From Trichosphaerium sp. ATCC 40318 (lineage: Eukaryota; Protista; Tubulinea), in the NCBI GenBank assembly GCA_038496445.1, contig JALMLS010000548.1, positions 124,001 through 188,000 on the forward strand: a DNA stretch of 64,000 nucleotides, read 5' to 3'. This document shows, in pieces, positions 12,819 to 25,006 of this stretch. The translations under genes and the position numbers were made by a program. Each line of letters starts with the position of its first letter. Within the stretch, counting starts at the first letter, position 1. The notes under the pieces are model-generated. The model made no database searches, was not told where the DNA came from, and saw only the letters and a list, made by a program, of their open reading frames with translations.

Positions 12819-13323
12819 ATAGAAAATAGTCACAAATACTAGGATGTTCTTTAACACATTTCTTCGTTACACAAGCACTAATTGCGAGGATTGTATGAAT
12901 GCCAGTGAGTGATTTGATTCCTTCATCTGTCACAGAAGTATGTGAAACATTTATTGTATGAACGCTTCTGAGTGCTCGTATGCCTTCATCTGTTACTGAT
13001 GTACCTGAAACATTAATATAGTGAACACCTTTGAGTGCAGTGATCCCTTTATCTGTCACAGCAGTATAAGAGACATTTATTGTATGAACACCCGAGAGTG
13101 CTTTAACACCTTCATCTGTCACATCTGTGCAATAGAGACATATAGTGTGGACACCTCTTAGCGCTTTGATACCTCTATCTGTTATTTAGGTGCTTGAAAG
13201 GTCTATCTCATAGATACCAGCAAGCGCTATGAGACTTTCATCAGTTATTAAAGTATTTTTAAGTTCAATTCTGTGAACTCCAGAAAGTGCTAACAATTCA
13301 TCATGAAGTTTTATGAAGATCTA
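12819..13323 (-). pseudogene. 3' segment of the disrupted F-box/LRR gene
   Basis: LRR units (xTDEGxKALxGVHTI) with one frameshift near 13300 and an in-frame TAA near 13187. It continues the 36360-36699 segment across the TA duplication (GVHTI|DLHKT). Confidence 0.85.
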
Positions 13324-13374
13324 CAGTACTAAAATAAAAAGAGGAAAAATAGAGGGAATCTCTACAAAAAATCA

Positions 13375-13885
13375 AGGGAATTTTAGACCTCCAATCCCGG
13401 GGTATTTCATCCTAAATAGACAAGGAAATTTCCTTAAAAATCCCTGATGTAATTCTCTCAAAAATCCTTGGTGTAATTTTAACAAAAATCTTTGATGTAA
13501 AACACTAAAAAACCTTATGAAATTTCGTCAAAAATCCTTAGTGTAACTCTCTCAAAAATCTCTGGGGCAATTACTTTAAAAATCCCTTAAGTAATTTCCT
13601 CAAAAATCCCAAAGTAATTTCCTCTAAAATCTCGAAGTAATTTCTTCAAAAATCCCTGGAGTAATTTCCTCAAAAATCCCCAGAGTAATTTTCTTAAAAA
13701 TCCCTGGAGTAATTTCCTCAAAAATCCCTGGAGTAATTTCTTAAAAAATCCCTGGAGTAATTTCCTCAAAAATCCCTGGAGTAATTTCTTAAAAAATCCC
13801 TGGAGTAATTTCCTCAAAAATCCCTGGAGTAATTTCCTCAAAAATCCTTGGAGTAATTTCCTCAAAAATCCTTGGAATAATTTTA
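13375..13885. repeat. Left subterminal tandem array, 24-bp unit GGAGTAATTTCCTCAAAAATCCCT
   Basis: About 11-12 near-perfect copies at 13590-13880, with degenerate copies toward the TIR. Confidence 0.9.
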
Positions 13886-13918
13886 TCCAAACCACGAAAA
13901 AAAAGTCTACTTTATTGG

Positions 13919-16363
13919 TTACAATTCAAAACAATAAGAATCACAAGCAAGGTTTACATAATCACTGTATACATCGTTTAAAGTTGCTAATTTTAAATGC
14001 ACTAAAAATAGTAAATAGCAGAGATGGTTTAAACACACGCACATAAAGTGTAAAATTGCAATACTTGTCCTTCTGTTTCTTTGATTTTAAGGTGTTCTAT
14101 GTAGTTCTTTAGCTGTTCGTGTTTACCCTGAATAGTGCTAACAGTGTCTTTAAAAATATTAATTCTACCGTCGTTGTATTTAGCAATAAGTTTTATGATT
14201 CCAATGCCAGTTCCTCCGTGTGTCGTACAATTTGATAATTGTATGTCATACACCACTTGAGAGTTTGGAATGGACAATTCACTTGTAATCAACTGTTTGC
14301 TGTCATAAAATAAATCAGACGTCGCTAACAATTGTTAATATTATAATTTTTAGAAAATTAAAAATCTAGAACATACCTACAAAAGCGTAATTGGCTTTGT
14401 GTTTAATGACAGCTGTCCAAAACCTGCGTAGTATAGATTTTATTAAATTGAAAAAAGTCAAATCGCGTACCATTTTTTGTTGATTCCAAGACCATCAAGA
14501 GAGGGTTTATTGCACAGTATAACAGTATTATTGTGATAAACTGGAATAAGTGTTATCCAAGATGTTGTGTCATCATGTTTCAAGGACTTAAGCATCATTA
14601 ATAGCTAGAAATTAATAATTACATTTTACACGTACATTTTTTGGAGGAGGAAAAGAACTATCATCAGACAATATGCCCTTGTATACTGTTCTTACAAAGC
14701 TGAACAAACAATTTGCAGTAAAAAGATAATCACTACCACAAAATAAAGGCAAAAAATCATCAAGTAATAAAGTTCTGTTTTCACAATCTCCATCAATGTA
14801 CACTTTGACATTTTTTGCTATTTCGAACTACAAAATAATGTTAACACAAAATTAAAGAGCAAAAACAAAAAATATACTGTTTGTCTAGAGTTGTCGTCAT
14901 CTCTTGCATCACCCGGAAATTGTAAAATATAGTTTTCACGATATTGAATATCCTTGAACTCAATTAAATGGTGAATGATATCATAGCGTACTGTTTCAAG
15001 TTGTGATACATTTTGTCTGAGAGCAGATTGTTGGAAAAGCGGTTGTTCATTTTCAAAGTTGACAGGTTGGTTTGCTCTGGTAGGGACATGACGTTGACTC
15101 AAGTTTCTGCGATTAATATTTTGTCGCGTAATTGTAGGTTGCGATTGTTGTTCATGTTGGCTTCTTAGTTCTACATATTGTTGTAAAGATTGTTGCTCAA
15201 ATGTTCTTATATTGGCCATGCGCTTTTGACGCCTTACTTTTGAAGCCTAATTACAATGATTGGTATTTTTAGTGACAAAATTTATACATACTTGACTTAA
15301 TTGTATTGACATAGGGTCAGGCAGAGAATAGTCATCGATCACGATAGGTTGTACAGAATTGGAAACACATTTGGGATGTGTAAAATCGGAAGTGTTGCTA
15401 ACAGTGAAGTAAGCAGTTGAATGACAGTATAAAATCAAGTAAACGCACAGTATGTCACATAATTTATCATTTTGTATTTTGTATAAATCGTATGCTTCAA
15501 TGTTAAGGACTTGATGTTCATTTTTGTTAGCATAGTCCTTCACTTTCTACAATGAAAAATTAAATGTGTTGTGTTAGAAAAAGATATTCGTACTTTATGA
15601 ATGTATTTGTACGCATCCAAATAAAACTGGTTTGATTGTTCAGAAAACCATTTCTCAAGCGTAATTTCAGCACAAGCTACCATTTTATGCGCTTAAAAAA
15701 AGGCATTAAAACAAAGAAATCTTAAAAGGCTTATATGTACTTAAACTGTCTATATTTTCAGAAACCATAGCTTGGCATTTCAAATATGCAATAAGTTGCT
15801 TGTTGAAAGGCTTTAAAACTCCTTTACAGTATTTTTCCAACACAAGTGCACATTTGGTGATATCGTCATCTGAAGTTATGCTGGTGTATGATTGTTGGAT
15901 ATCACCTATCATGGCGTCGGAATGATTTATTAAGGCATATTTTCCAATATACCAGAGGTATTTTCTTCCCATTGCTCTTTTCCAAACCTGATTTAAATAT
16001 GTAAGTATGGCGTGAAAAAAGACAATAGAAACATCAAACGCACAGCAACTTTACTTTTGTTTTGAAGGGCAAACTTTAAACTTTGTACATCATGATTCAG
16101 GCTGTTTATCGTTGTTTTCATCTCAGATAGCGTATCATTTTGTTTGTTTAATACAAACAAAATTTGTTTAAAAGCGACTAAGCTTGTGTAAGGTAATAAT
16201 AAAACACTGTAAAGTAATAACCAGTACCATTACAAAACTCTAAGACCAATTCGCTATCAATTAAATCTATATTATCAAAATTTATAGCAGTAGGATTTTC
16301 TTGTGGACTGTCCACTCTACGACTGTCCACTCTACGTCTTTTTCTGTACGGCGTCGAAGACAT
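13919..16363 (-). CDS. Transposon ORF2 of the outer element: N-terminal NLS/coiled coil and C-terminal Ulp1-like (probably inactive) domain, multi-exon
   Basis: Spliced translation MSSTPYRKRRR...KRAMGRKYLW...AHKMVACAE...DDFLPLFCGSDYLFT...W|FWTAVI...HGGTGIGIIK; homologous to 26203-28255. Confidence 0.7.
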
Positions 16364-16396
16364 GAACAGTAATTTATTGATGTTTACAAATTATGA

Positions 16397-19300
16397 CTAT
16401 TGAATTAGCATTTTTTGTTGTTTCAAGTGTTGCAGTCTAGTTCTTTCGCTGTCACCTACTATTTCTTCAATTGTTTGGGGATTCATGCTGTTGTAGGCTT
16501 TGAGCGGACAAAATGCAAATATTTGGGTGGTGAAGCCTTTTAAATAGGTCACACCTCTATAATGTACAAACACATTAGCTACTGAGTCATTTTCTAATGT
16601 TAACAATGCGCACCTTGTGAAACAACACACCCACAATCCTATATATTCACTTTCAGCATTGTTGATTATTCTTAGCACACGAACAGGGTTACGATAATGG
16701 AAGCATAGTTGTAAACGAAATTGTTGTCTTTGACTCGTTACAGCAGGTATTGCAGCAACCAAATTCCTATTTTCATGTACTCCTCCAATACCAGTTGTGG
16801 TAAAGTATTGAAGAGAGCCAACAGTAGACATAGCACTGAGCACTCTAATGCTACAGTTTAAGTTAACTCTAAGAGAATCCATAGGAAATTGTTCATCTAT
16901 TGTGTCGCTGGCGAACGTTATTGTACTAAATGAAATAAATTTAAAGTAAAAAGAACATGATAGTGATACGTGTTTTGTCTAAACCCTCTTGTTGGCAAAT
17001 CACAGTCTGGAATCTTTTGGTTCATTGTGTGTCCAACAAATGGTCCATAGTAACCCGTTTTGGGACAGTTGTCGTCATCATTTTTATGCGTAAAATAATC
17101 AGTCTCTAACATTTTTTTGCAATTAATGCAATAAATGACACTGTTATTTTGTATCATCTCAGTTCGCATGAGTGTACACCACTCCTTGAACTTCCTTGTA
17201 GTTTGTAAATGCTTACTAAACAAAGTATTCATATTATTGTGATGCTTTACTGCTTATACTGTTGTACCTCTGTTGGTTTTTCTTTCTTTTTTTTGTTGCA
17301 GTTTTTTTGACACCAAACGACCTCGCCACTGAGTCTTTGAGTGTTGCGTTCGATATATGTGATGCCAGTGGTTGTAATGCAATGTATGCTGCCTTTTTCT
17401 TTGATTCTTGTTTAAATAGAGCCTTGCTAAAAAGTCTGACAGTCCATATTTTTTTGCCTTTTACTCTTGAAATAAACGCCCTAACTCAAGAATTAACATT
17501 ATGATGTAAACCAAGTATTTTACCTGTGTTTTATGGTTTTGTCTTTTTGTTGATACTTTGGTGGCGTGTATACAATGCTGTTTGGAGTAGACAATATGTG
17601 GACGCTTTTAACAGCTTTAGCACCATTAAATTTAGTGTATTGTAGTGTAAAGTCTTTAAAAGACTTGTCATTTGGGTGTACAAGCTCATCAGGTTTACCA
17701 GGTTCGAAAAAATCGTATGCAGAAAGCACAGCAACCTACAAAAACAAATTAATACAATCACAATAACATATAAATTTACCTCTTTATCAATCCCGTATGC
17801 TTTGCTTTTGTCCTGATGATACACAAGGCCAACCCTAGTTTTATTTGTGGTACATACCTCCAAGGTTAGGCCTGGGTACACATGCACCGATACACACAAA
17901 CCAAATTTGTAACGTTGGCTTGTTTCTATTTTGTCTAAATCGTATCCTTTTTTGATGACGGGATGGTTCAAAGCTAGAAATAAAAGAGGTATCACTCCTA
18001 AAGGAAACTGATTATTTCCGTTTTCTGAATTATACACTCTGTCCTTTCTAAAAAGGTTGCCTGAAAATATGTGCCCTCCCTCTATTGGATGTACAGCAGA
18101 AACAATCCTAAATATAGAGTTAATAACACAAGTAAAAAACCCAAAATAGTCAACCTATTAGTGAGATTGTTGTGGCCTCTTGATGTTTCTATAGCCATAG
18201 CATCCATTCCAACATCATTTATAAGAAGTCTCGTGCTTGAATTCCAGACATTTTTGATGTGTAGTAACGGAGACAAGCTGTCATCGTCATCATCCAGGGT
18301 GTACAATGCATTTTGAGCATTACCACTAAATATGTAATTAATTAGCACTAACAACACGAATAATATGTACCAAAGGAAAAAGCGTGACAGTTTTTTCTTA
18401 AGATCCTTTGTACAATTGTAAAGCTTTTCAACTATGGCTGTCATAGGACAACTTTGTTGTAAAGCTAAAGCAAAATAAAACTTTAACACACGCTTAAGGT
18501 CATCTTTTGAACGCGAAATCGCACTACAACCAATTAAATCAACAGACATAACATATGTTGACATACTAGCGTTCTTTGCGAATATCAAAAAACCTATCAT
18601 GATAGTCGACTTTGTTGGCGTGCATGTCTTCTTCATTGCCATTGTTGTCTAAATTAGCAATGTTAATCTAATCAAGCACAAAAACATACACCATTGAAGA
18701 TGTTGAAAATATTGTACATACCACTGCGATTACTGGAAGACTGTACACCATCGTCAAAGTCGGAGACATCACCTTTACCACTGGTGCTGTCTTTGTTGAT
18801 GTTGATGCTGAAAGAACGTATGCCATCGTCATTCTCATCACTGGAGACGTCATCCTCATCACTGAAGACGTCATCCTCATCACTGGAGACGTTATCCTCA
18901 TCATTGGAGCTGTCTTTGTCAAAGTCAATGTAAAAAACCATAAGCCATTGTTGACATTGATGCGTACCATCTTTATCACTGGTGCTGTCTTTGTTGGCGT
19001 CAATGTTGGAAGGACTTATACCATCGTTGTCATTGGAGATGTCATTCTCATCACTGGAGCTGTTTTTGTTGGCGTCAATGTTGGAAGAACTTATACCATC
19101 ATTGTCATTGGAGACGTCATTCTCATCACTGGAGCTGTCTTTGTCAAAGTCAGTGTAAAAACCATAAGCCATTGTTGAAGTTGGTGTGTACCATCTTTAT
19201 CACTGGTGCTGTCTTTGTTGGCGTCAATGTTGGAAGGACTTATACCATCGTTGTCATTGGAGATGTCATTCTCATCACTGGAGCTGTTTTTGTTGGCGTC

Positions 19301-20008
19301 AATGTTGGAAGAACTTATACCATCGTTGTCATTGGAGACGTCATTCTCATCACTGGAGCTGTCTTTGTCAAAGTCAGTGTAAAAAACCATAAGCCATTGT
19401 TGATGTTGATGCGTACCATCTTTATCACTGGTGTCTTTGTTGGCGTCAATGTTGGAAGAACTTATACCATCGTTGTCATTGGAGACGTCATTCTCATCAC
19501 TGGAGCTGTCTTTGTCAAAGTCAATGGCAGAAAAGAACATGTCATTGATAAAGATGAAGGCATAATATGTACCATTGGTTCTATTAAAGTGGTTACCAAG
19601 TGGCTTTGTTCGAAATGGTGATGGTCCTAGTAAGCTTTAGTTAAAATAAAAGTGTAATAAAAGTATAGCAGTACTGTATGCGTTGTTTAAATGCCTATCA
19701 AACAAGTCTTTGATATTTGTTCGTTTTTCAATAAATTCAATGTCTTCATGACAATAGTCATATATACAAGCAGACCTATTAATATTGACTGAGATTTTAC
19801 ACAACTATAAGATATAAGACGTACTTTTTAGTTTTTTCTTTAAAATAAACGACTCCATATTTATCGTATGTCGGTTCTGCATAATGTATAACCTTCACCT
19901 CCGTATGGTACATTTTGTTTAATGCACTTTGTAGGGTTGCAAATCGTTTTGATTTTTGTTCTCTCTTTCTTCTTTTATGTGACTTAGTTGTCACACAAAC
20001 AGGGTGAG
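16397..20008 (-). CDS. Cargo gene: acidic repeat region, AlkB-like 2OG-Fe(II) dioxygenase, CxxC..H..C motif and SRA/YDG-like domain (5' end uncertain)
   Basis: Manual splicing gives a continuous frame: NRIVSAVHPIEGGHIFSG...CVSVHVYPG...GLVYHQD...VAVLS...NSIVYTPPKYQ...KHRAF...KKIWTVR (AlkB-like), then YYGPFVG...FTTTGIGG...NPVRVLR...EYIGLW (SRA-like). Confidence 0.7.
18780..19520 (-). repeat. Coding tandem repeats (about 224-bp period) encoding D/S/N-rich units, each carrying a putative intron
   Basis: Three copies of DFDKDSSSDEND...SSNIDANK with putative GT-AG introns at 18914-18967, 19139-19191 and 19363-19416. Confidence 0.8.
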
Positions 20009-20019
20009 CTAATCATTAG

Positions 20020-20340
20020 TCAGTGTTTTAAATTCATTTAGTGTTGAACAAAAAAAAACCCTGTCTACAAAGCGTATTAAATATCGCGGTGGCCACGAAA
20101 GCCGATGAACGCGTAAGAGCAGGTTGTAAGCCGTTTTAAATTCAATTAGGGTTGAACAAAAAAAAACCCTGTCTACAAGGCGTATTAAATATCGCGGTGG
20201 CCACAAAAGCCTATGAACACGCGTAAAAGCAGGTTGTAAAGCTGTTTTAAATTTGAACATATTAAAAACCGCGTCAACAAAGCGTATTAAATACGACAAA
20301 GCTACGAAAGCCAATGAACGCGTAAAAACAGGGTTTAAAG
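20020..20340. repeat. Tandem repeat, about 109-bp unit, 2.5-3 copies
   Basis: gttgaacaaaaaaaaaccctgtctacaa..cgtattaaatatcgcggtggccac at about 20043 and 20151, with a degenerate copy at about 20252. Confidence 0.85.
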
Positions 20341-20649
20341 CAAATTGGCCAAAAAATATCCAAAATAGCGTTTAACACAACGTATACGCATTATACTTTT
20401 AAAAAGCACGATGAACTGCCAAAAACAGGCGATTAAAGTGCATTTCATTGTAAAACAGGTAAAAATTATAAAACCTTCCAAATACTATCGCTAGATGTAT
20501 CAATGTGTGTTTTGAATGACTTTGGGGAAAAAAGAAGTAAAATAGTAGCTTATACACGTTTAGGGTATACAAGGCTACAAAGGTACGTACGTTTACGTTT
20601 CCTCTCCATTTGATGTATTGTATTGTATTAAATGGGTAAAGTCCAGTTC

Positions 20650-22300
20650 AAGTCAATCTTGTGCTGAACTCTTCTCCGAAGGCCGATAGACGGCTCGCAT
20701 GTACGTCACGGCGGCAATAGCCGCTGTGCATCTTTTCTTAATCCTCCAAAAGAGGATTTTAACATGCAAGAAGATAGTTCAGATAGTAACCCATCAGAGT
20801 CCTTCAAAGCTCGCTGAGGCGGCTCCAGGACATTGAATATTAGATTTACATGATTGGCGTGCCAGCAAAACGTCGCATCAGGTGAAGCATTTTCTTCATT
20901 CTCATCGACATCAACCGTTCCTAGAAACGCCAATAAGTGTACACTCAAGCGGAAACATAGGTATGAAGTTTTTTGAAGTGAGCAAACTATTGAGTGTAGA
21001 GCTTTGCTAAAGGTTTTTCCATGAACGTTATTTGTTATTGCTGCTACAAGAAGGAAAAAGCTTGATGTATACCGCTCTTTGCGAGATCAAGCAACAATAT
21101 CTTACCATCCTTCCAGGTTGCCATAAAAGTTATTCTTTTGCGTAAGGTCTTTGGTTCTATTGGTGTTGTCATTGTAACGCTTGAAAATTATGAAAAATCT
21201 TACTCACTGGCTTCACTTGAATCAGAGTCGTCAAAGGCAAGCAAATCATCATTGTCCCCCTCCATATCATCAAGGCCGTCATCTTGTGATACATACCCTG
21301 ACAAAAAATGTACTTACATTTGTCTATGTAGGTACCTACGTAAAAATGAATCTTTACCATAAATGGTGTCAAAAAGGTGCAAATGTATAAAATTACATTT
21401 GGGCCATTAACTCCATTTTACGTACTTTCAAAGATAAGATACAGTCACCTCTTGTTGAGTTGCTTCGAGTGTCAGATGTATGTCTAGCGCCTAGGTAAAA
21501 AGATTACAAATCAACTGCTGTTGATACGATGACAAATTGGTAATGAGTTAGCACAATTGGTGATCAACGGCCTTGTGAAACTGTGGCACAATTTCGTCAA
21601 CTGTTATAAGCATACCTGACATACCAAAGAAACATATTAATTGCTTCAATTCAGCTGTTCTAAACAGCATAGCAAACACTAAAACTGAAAGCTTCTTAAA
21701 CCGCTTTTTTGTTCTAAAGACGCTGTAAATAATGTGTACAATGAAAGTACAAGCACTGTACCTATTCATTTGTCACTGTGACACACGCCGTCTGTGTTGA
21801 GCTGAAATCCATTTGCAGACTTTGCTTGGGAAGTATTAAACGATTTTTGACCCATTGTAAAGTGAAATTGTTGGAAATAACTTAGAGTGGACGCAACAAA
21901 ATAGCGTTTGGCGTCATCCTATAGCAAAGTTGGTATGTACGGACTTTCTACACAATGGAATTACCTTTGGTAGCCGCTGTTGGAGCTGTAGAGATCGTGT
22001 AAGGTACCCCAACGTGAGTAACACAACCTTAAGATAAAGGTCATCTATACCGTTTTCCGTTGGCGTGAGGGGTGTCATCCCACAACAGGTGGAAAATCAA
22101 GCTCCTACAATGCATTTGAGTTTTATTAGTCCAAACAAATACGATAGTACATCCAGTTAAATCAAGCATCTGTGACGTGTTGTTCAAATACATTCTCAGC
22201 AATCTTGACAGCTAAAACCAACGTTGACGAATTATAGCTGTAATTTCATGTCAAGTACGCAATGAGCCTTTATGTACCTATTATTACCAAAAGTAGTTAA
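20650..22300 (-). pseudogene. Degenerate multi-exon gene fragment inside the outer element
   Basis: Series of GT...AG intron-like segments and short coding-like pieces (DDGLDDMEGDNDDLLAFDDSDSS; GTVDVDENEENASP) with stops; no family recognised. Confidence 0.35.
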
Positions 22301-22694
22301 AAGCTGTAGTGCAACAGTACAGCCGTAACGTTGGGCGATGAAAGCACACTCAACAACACAATACATACAACGTGTACAAGTGACCATTCAAAACTAAATA
22401 GGCTCCCACATCACACATCAAATTGACACCAAAGATGCCACAAAAAGCAAGAAAAAACGATCGACAACAATTAAAATACTTTTGCAATTCAATAAATTCT
22501 TTCATTGCGATAACACTCACTATACAACATAACTAAACATTACACAATAGTACATTATTTTTTAATAGGTTTTGACATGTCAGTGGTTAGGGTTACAAAG
22601 AAAACCTAATACTAGTTTAGTTATAACTTACAAATTAGGGTTCAGCATTTGAATACTGTGAAATGTTGAGTTCGTACCGTAAGGACAAAGGAAG

Positions 22695-23005
22695 CGCGAC
22701 TAAAACAAGGTAGAGAAATTGTGTTCCCGCCTAAATTGATAAGTAACAGGTAAAAAAAGCGCAAATAGTTGCAAACGTACGTATCATAATCTCCAGTAAG
22801 CGCACAACTAAAACAAGGTTGAGAAATTGTGTTCCCGCCTAAATTGATAAGTAACAGGTAAAAAAAGCGCAAATAGTTGCAAACGTACGTATCATAATCT
22901 CCAATAAAAGCGGGCAACTAAAATAGGGTTGAGAGGTTGTTTAACCGCCTAAATTGATAAGAACCTGCAAACGATAGCGTATTTAGTTGTGAACGTACGT
23001 ATTTG
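22695..23005. repeat. Tandem repeat, about 108-110-bp unit, about 3 copies
   Basis: taaaacaagg..gagaaattgtgttcccgcctaaattgataagtaacagg..caaacgtacgtat at 22701 and 22809, with a degenerate copy at 22919. Confidence 0.85.
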
Positions 23006-25006
23006 CGTAGAAGATCACATAAATATCACGGTAAACAAACCTCAATGACAACAACAACTGAGGCACACAAGACAAAAGGAGGCCAATCCTTTTCGGGTCA
23101 GAGCTGTTGTTATCGAGTGTGGCGCGTTTTTTTATTGTTTTTTTATTGTCAACATTTTTCAAACACATTTATTGTTTGCGGAGCACTGTGTACCTGGTGT
23201 TTAAACCGCTCAGGCGTTGGTATTGCGGGGTAGGAATTGTGGAGCTAGGATTACATTAAGAACACTGAGCTTAAGAGGTAACTGAACGGGCACAATGCAA
23301 TCAGGCGTGGTAGTGACAAATACAAAGTGGAATTTTATCATTGCACTAACTTTTTGGGCTCCAAGGTACAATGAGCATCACATCACTGACACAACATGCC
23401 CGAATGACGCTATGGAGGGTAAAAAAAAATAAATCACCAACATTTGAGCATTGCGTACTATTACTATGCCCACACGCGTAGATTAGCCGTGTGTGTGCGC
23501 CTAGCGTTGTTTTTGTAACACTAAACGCTGTTGGAACAAAAAACTCCCAAACTGAGCCTAAACGCACGTACAGTCATCATAAAGCGCTTTAGGTATTGTA
23601 CATACCGTTTAATGGGCACAGGTAACACTTTGGGGCAATTGACGCGTTTTATGGGATAATTTGCCAAAAATGAAAATGAAGGTCCAGCACTTTTGAAACA
23701 GTGCTTTTTATAGCAATTAATGATGATTTGAGCGCTTTTGGGTAGGACAAAAAAGTAAGGATAGCACTAAGTCACGTTTTGCCTATATACGGTAAGTAGA
23801 ACACCTTCCTAATTTGCTCTCAAACGATGTAAAACTGCTGTTATTCCCCAATGTAGCAACGCAGACTAATGAGCGCTAGTGCTCAGAGTAAAATTTAAAC
23901 ACTTTAGGTGTAATATGGCACATTACGCTCTGAAACGTAATAGCGCTAGTTCAAGGTACTAAAGCGCTTACATAATCAATCACATGTTTTAGAGTAATTA
24001 CACAGAGACCACAGTTCGAGGGTCATAAGTATAATATTGGTCCTAACTTTCTACCAAATAAAAGAAACAAGTCAGCACCAACATCAACTTCCACCAAGAG
24101 ACACACAGTGACATCCATCAACAAAAACTCTCCAAAAAGCAGGAAGATGGACCTTGAGCTAGATGGTAAGTGTAATCATATAATTTTCATTTTTCAGACT
24201 TGGACCCTACAGTAATCAATCTAATGTGGACACAGAGACCCCAAAACACCCCTGTCTAAAAGGATGTGGACACTGTCATAAGGAATGCACATTTCAAAGC
24301 ACAGACTGTAACAGTGAGGTTGTGATCCTCCGTTCTAAAGGGATCATGATCATACCAGAAAGGCTGACCAAGTTTGCAGATTGCTGTAACACATTTACGT
24401 TTGTATAATAAAACGAAGGCTCTGTGAGATCGCATGGCCTCCATTGCAGATATTATTGATTAGCTTGTTTATTGCCTTTTGGTGATCCTGCACACCTTTC
24501 TCCTTCGTTGCTCGCACTGTGCAAGTGTTGTTTGCTGAACCCACAGGCGCTAAAAATCCATCCTCTTCTGCTGCCTCAAAGAAGCATAGAACAAAGTCCC
24601 TGACTTTAAAACTTTCATTTCACTTCCGTTACAGGTGTGTTATATGAGTCATTGTTATGTGACTGTGTCATCTGGTATTCTATCAGATGTGACATCTGGT
24701 GTCTATTGGCATTGCCATATGGGATGAATACTTGTGCTGGCACTTTGTTGTTCCTCAAGCTTTGTAATTGTGCTTCATCACCCACAACGCCTGCACTTGT
24801 TTTATGAGTGTGTTGATCATTGTCTTTGTTGACACAGACAAATGTGTATGTTTTGAAGTCACACTTTCTGTAATCTCAACACTAGTTTGTTGAACCATAA
24901 CAATGAGAAAGTGAAATTTGTTTAGTTTTCTTTTGCGAAAAATTCTATCAGTAAAAAAATATGTTTTCAAAACAGAACAAATTTATTATAACAGATAATA
25001 TTACAG

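Noticed and set aside
13587-13895. 102-aa ORF of LLQGFLRK repeats, or a possible CRISPR-like array
   Set aside because: It is a translation of the 24-bp subterminal tandem repeat, with no spacers and no cas genes.
17420-18160. TET/JBP assignment of the dioxygenase
   Set aside because: The motif spacing and flanking residues (FSG lid, VAVLS, terminal TVR) fit AlkB better. The substrate remains unknown.
18668-19621. Overlapping hydrophobic and Cys/Trp-rich ORFs in other frames
   Set aside because: Shadow frames of the acidic tandem repeat.
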